DNA of 63,611 nt, the filler included, from Rhizaria sp. SCN 62-66 (Eukaryota): the NCBI GenBank assembly GCA_001724265.1. It is 7 parts of 7 records of this genome, joined end to end, with 100 filler letters (N's around TTAATTAATTAA, not from the genome) between each part and the next. Parts side by side here need not be neighbours in the genome. Positions count along the whole stretch, not along the records: positions 54,386 to 63,611 come from MEDY01000691.1; 6 more parts are not named here. One strand, given 5' to 3'. This document shows positions 59,243 to 63,611 of this stretch, piece by piece. Within the stretch, counting starts at the first letter, position 1, and the number at the start of each line of letters is the position of its first letter. Below the pieces are notes generated by a model. The model saw only the letters and a program-made list of their open reading frames with translations. It was not told where the DNA came from and made no database searches. The translations under genes were made by a program, and so were the position numbers.

Positions 59243-62200
59243 TTAATATGACGCAAAAGAGTGCTCATGCGTGTCCCCGCGTTCCTGGGGCGTGAGATCG
59301 ACGTCGATATCGTCTCCCACAACGCGCGCGCGAGCGCGTGCCGCAGCATGCTGACGGGCACTACTGATAGCCGCGGCTGCGACGTCATCAAGGCAGTCCG
59401 TCGCGGATGTCAGTCCCGTAACAACATCACCGCCTTCCTCCAGTAGCAACGCAATGCGAGCACCGCGCTGCGCATCGGTCATAATGGCTGCACTGTCATC
59501 ACCGCGCTCAATCATTTGTGTGGTCACTGTTGCTAAGGCATCGGCATGTGCATCTGCTCGCACGCCTGCCAAAAACTTGTTGTTTGAGTTTGTGTTACTC
59601 CGCGCAGTCAACGTAAATAGCGCTGCAGCAGCTGAGGACGATGCAGCAGTAGTGGTTGCAGTGGTGCTGTTATCGTCGTCGAATGCTGACACTGTGTTGT
59701 TTCCTGTTCCATCAACCTTAGTGTTCCCACGTTGAATCTTCGCCTCACGTGCCATCTCGATGCGCCAGGCACGGATAACAGGACCACTTTCTTGGCCCTG
59801 TGCATGTGCTTCGCGGAGAGCGTTGCGCAGCGGCATGAGTTGCGCCTCTTCCTTGGACAACATGAGGAACGCGACAACAACAATGGCAATGAACGTCACA
59901 ACCAACATGCAGATGAGTACTGTCACTACTATCTGCGCGGTGTCGCCAACTGTGCTGACAAAGAGGAAGTTTGCAAGGAAGAAGACCATAAACGACGTGA
60001 AGAGCGAAAACAACTCGACAAACTCAGGAATCCTGTTCTCAAAAGGTTTGGCCGCAATTTGCGCAAGAATACACACAAAGATGAGCAGTGATGCAAGCAT
60101 AAGCTGCGTGTGAAGCGCGCCAGGGAAGAAGACGGAGATAGCGACGAGGATGACCTTGCGTGCCATCTCCATGAGGAACCAGTAGTAACGCGTGGGCTTG
60201 TAGCCGCGGTACATAAAGGCCATCTGCGATTCGAAAATTTTCTTCTGATTGCGCATTGTTGCAGATGCGCCCTGCGCCGGCATCATAACCAGATCACGGT
60301 TCCGGTAGAGCACAAACCAAGCAAAGAAGGGAATGCCGAGCACCCAGAGGATGAGCATTGGTATGCCGAGAGCAACTATGAAAAAAACGTGTTGAGATGA
60401 GTAACAAGTCTCCATCATCTCTCCGAGAACGACATTCGCCGATGGATCCACGGTGCCACCAACGTTTTTGCACGAAAGAACGGTAAAGAACTGGCGAGTT
60501 ACGTTCGGGTGGACCATGAACATGACGACAGTGATTGTGGTGATGACATAGCCGGAAAACTCGGACAGAATCTGATTGTAGAGTGACTCAGCAACGCTCA
60601 CACGTACACGCATCTCAGCAGCCGTGAGTTTAGGCGGGTCGGCCTTCAAACGCTTGACACGTTCCTTTTCGAAAAGGGCTTTGCCGCTCTTTTCGCCATA
60701 ATTCTGCACATACCAGGAGGACTGCGCGTCAGCGCGCACACGCTGAAATGCACGTTCGCGTCGTAGCACGCGCTCACGCAGCAACTCTGCATCGTAGAGC
60801 GTGTCAAATGGCAAGCGGGAGAGGAGGCGCATGTTCTCCAAGTCTTCCTCGCTCTGCACAACCCTGGCAAAGTCTTCAGTTGTAGATGCGTTAATTTCAT
60901 CATGTGATCGCTTTTCATCGTCAAAGACCGCAATGTTCTTGACAATGGCCCCATACATCTCGACTTCACGTGCGGTGCGTTCGAAAATCTCCTCACGGCT
61001 CTGTTGAGAAAAAGCGGACGCATTTGCGAGTGCCAGTTCGCTAATGTTGGTGTCGCTCATAATGTCACGCTGAAACATAAACTCTGTGTCATCGATCGTC
61101 CGACCCTCCAGCACAGCAACTGCATCAGAAGCAACATAGTCTGTCTCAACCACACCATCGACAGTATCGTTGATATCTGTATGCGCCATGGCGTCATCAA
61201 TATCCTCTGTAGCACGAGTAACATTGAACGAAGCGTCGCGCTTGGCGATAAAGTCAGCAAGTTTCCGAGCCTTTGCGGCCTTCTCAGCTGCACGTGGGTC
61301 AAAGTCGCAGCCATTTGCGCCAGCATAAACTGAATCAGCATGGGCAGCGTCCACATCGGACTCATCATCCACAAGTTCGTTTGCGATAAACACCAAGGGT
61401 AGTGATTTCGGGGAGCCGCGTTCAATCGCAACGTCATCCAAAGCGTCACTACTGACAACACCATCTGAGCCACGCACTGTGGCTGGGATACCGCGGCTGG
61501 GCGAGGTCCGCGCTGGGGGACTATCGTACTGAAATGGCATCATTGCAGGTGGAGGTGATGATGACTCAGCAGAGTACCCTGGACGAGAGCGATCGGCTGT
61601 AGCATCGATAGGTGTGACAATACGACTAGCCTTAAGTGGCGCCATCTCGAAGCTGTTGCCAAAACGAGCATGGTCGAGTTGCTGCCGCGCTGCACCGGCG
61701 CCGAGACTGCGGCGCGGCATACTCAGATGTGGCCGTGGTTGTGCACCCCCCGTGCCAAAGAACGCATTGTGAGGATCTGAGACATTCGGAGTCGTAGAAT
61801 CGAGCTCAAACATACTAAAACTATGATGTGAGTTCATCGAAACAAACTCTGGCGATTCTTCTTTACCAAGAGCTTCCATGTGTTTTGCCGCAGATGATGA
61901 TAGCGGGATAAATGTTGATGCGCGCTCGATTTTGCCAAAGTTATTAGACACTCCGGAAAGGGTACCACTAAAAGCATGAAGAGAGATGCTGATTGCGCCT
62001 GACGTTACACTCAGAGGACCGAAGCCGCTGGCAGCAGCAAAGACTGCAGCGGGAATGCCGTCACTGCTCGCACCAGGAAGAGTTGAGGCGTTGGTAAAGG
62101 AGGCGTGGCGACGGCTCGACTGCACAGGCAGAGGGGGCTGCTCCGGAGGCGCCAGTGGACGAGGACCTGTCGTCGCGTCATCCGTGGTTGGACTATTTGA

Positions 62201-63611
62201 TTCGGCCCGGTTAGCATCCATGGTCGCGCGGATATACTGCTCTGCCTCTGAGAACTGTTGTCGTCGCTTTAAAAGACGACGACGGCGACGTGTGCCTAGA
62301 GTATTACGTGCAAGCTCAAGTTCTGACTGTGCGCTCTGTTTAAAATCAAGGTCAATGCCCGTATGAACTTCGTTTTCAATACCAGCCGTCGCTTCAGTCT
62401 TTCGTTCGGCTAAAATTCCATCATCATTTTCATCATCTACTTGGTCCCAGATCCCGATCTTGAGTGCTCCTTCCTCCAAAACACGTTGGGCAAAACGGTC
62501 CTGTGCCGCAATAAGCTTGCCACGACGACGATTGAAGTCTTCAAACTCGGTGACAATCTCGACCATAAGTCGACGCTGCTCAGCAATCTCTGCCAACACA
62601 AGCTTCTTATAACCGCGCTTGACAGTGTAATAACGAGGTGCAAAGAAGAGAAGTGGTAAGATAATCCCAAAAAGAGGCAGCGCCATAATGCCGATTGACG
62701 TAACCCAGAAAGGTTTAATCGATGGATTATCGCCAAGGAAACAGTCCAGAGACAGCATTGCCGTACCAACACCAGCGGCAGTGTCCGCACCGTTAAACAT
62801 ACCGTCGAGGAAACCTGGCCACTTAAGGTCATACCGTGACGCGATAGACATGACTTGGAGGCCTGCCATGGCGACCTTAAAGAGCAATGGCACTGCAGGC
62901 GCCGGTAACTCATTCATTGACTGCTTGCCATCCATGATCTGCTTCCAGGCAAGAATGCCGCAACCAATGATTGCAGCGAGACCACTAATGATGAGGATAA
63001 AGTATGCTAATGCAGGATCATTGCAGCGACCGCACTTAAACACTGAGTCTTTGCCGTATCCAGGGAGACAGACTGAGCAGAGTGGGCCGGTGTGCCCTTC
63101 TGCACAAACACTTCCCGGTTGACACGTGTTACCAAGACAGTATTCGAAGGAAGTAATTGCGTGGCGACTATAACTCTTATCAACAATGGGTTCACTCACG
63201 TATGCAAGCTCTGAGCTGAGCACCGAGTTGGAGTCCAACAGCAGCTGCGACAAGGCTGGATGCTGACTCTTCATTATCGTGCTCTTGAGGCACAACATCA
63301 ACAATGATTGTGTAGACAGACGTAAGATTTCCTGTCGACGAAGCCACAACATTCGCGGTAGAATGTAGCGCGCTGTTATTCGCAGCAGTTGTGCTCTGAA
63401 GCTCGGTGGATACAAACACAAAACGACCACGTGGCCGATCTGTATCATCAAACAGCGCCTTAACAGCAAGTGCCAAAGCGTTCCGACGCGCATCATCAGC
63501 TGGGACGTTTGCACTCACACAGACAGGAAATGAGAATCGAATGACACTAGTTAAGTTCCTAAACGTGACCGATGGCGAGTAGTAGTCGAGCGACATCACA
63601 TTGTAGACAGT
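59243..63611 (-). CDS. Large multi-TM receptor/TRP-like protein with Cys-rich juxtamembrane ectodomain; 5' end outside the window; apparent frameshift near 63254
   Basis: CAEGHTGPLCSVCLPGYGK...C..C, LQV...WP, SLDC, FMYRGYKPTRYYWFLMEMARK, KPFE; about 9 TM helices with a very long polar loop; ends in TAA. The upstream coding-like frame is the 63192-63599 ORF. Confidence 0.85.

Noticed and set aside
1..63611. A suppressor tRNA (CUA anticodon) or eRF1 gene in the window
   Set aside because: I found no cloverleaf or eRF1 motif by eye; tRNAscan-SE on the whole genome is needed.

Overview
Eukaryotic nuclear DNA from a GC-rich-coding, non-opisthokont protist. The evidence is spliceosomal GT-AG introns of about 130-290 nt, AT-rich intergenic DNA and an H+-pyrophosphatase. 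The window is seven contigs joined by artificial 100-nt N/TTAATTAATTAA/N linkers. About 20 genes or fragments are recognisable: BORCS7-like, P2C-type ATPase, CHAT-STAND-SH2 protein, CUE/PAM2/Smr nuclease, glycosyltransferase-like, B-box protein, ankyrin protein, RutE-like nitroreductase, SLC35A transporter, beta-lactamase-like hydrolase, V-PPase, an ARM-repeat family with pseudogenes, and a multi-TM receptor-like protein. Main result: the standard-code ORF track repeatedly breaks at TAG and resumes in the same frame. I count 16 in-frame TAGs in 7 genes whose frames have no internal TAA/TGA. Three sit inside conserved domains: a B-box HxxH zinc motif, the helix after a Walker A, and an Smr domain. 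Genes with recognisable C-termini end in TAA or TGA. This points to a rare nuclear code in which UAG alone is a sense codon, most likely Gln (Leu not excluded), while UAA and UGA stay stops. Reading through TAG also reveals an NLR-like CHAT protease + NTPase + STAT-type SH2 fusion. All family calls come from recalled motifs, not database searches.
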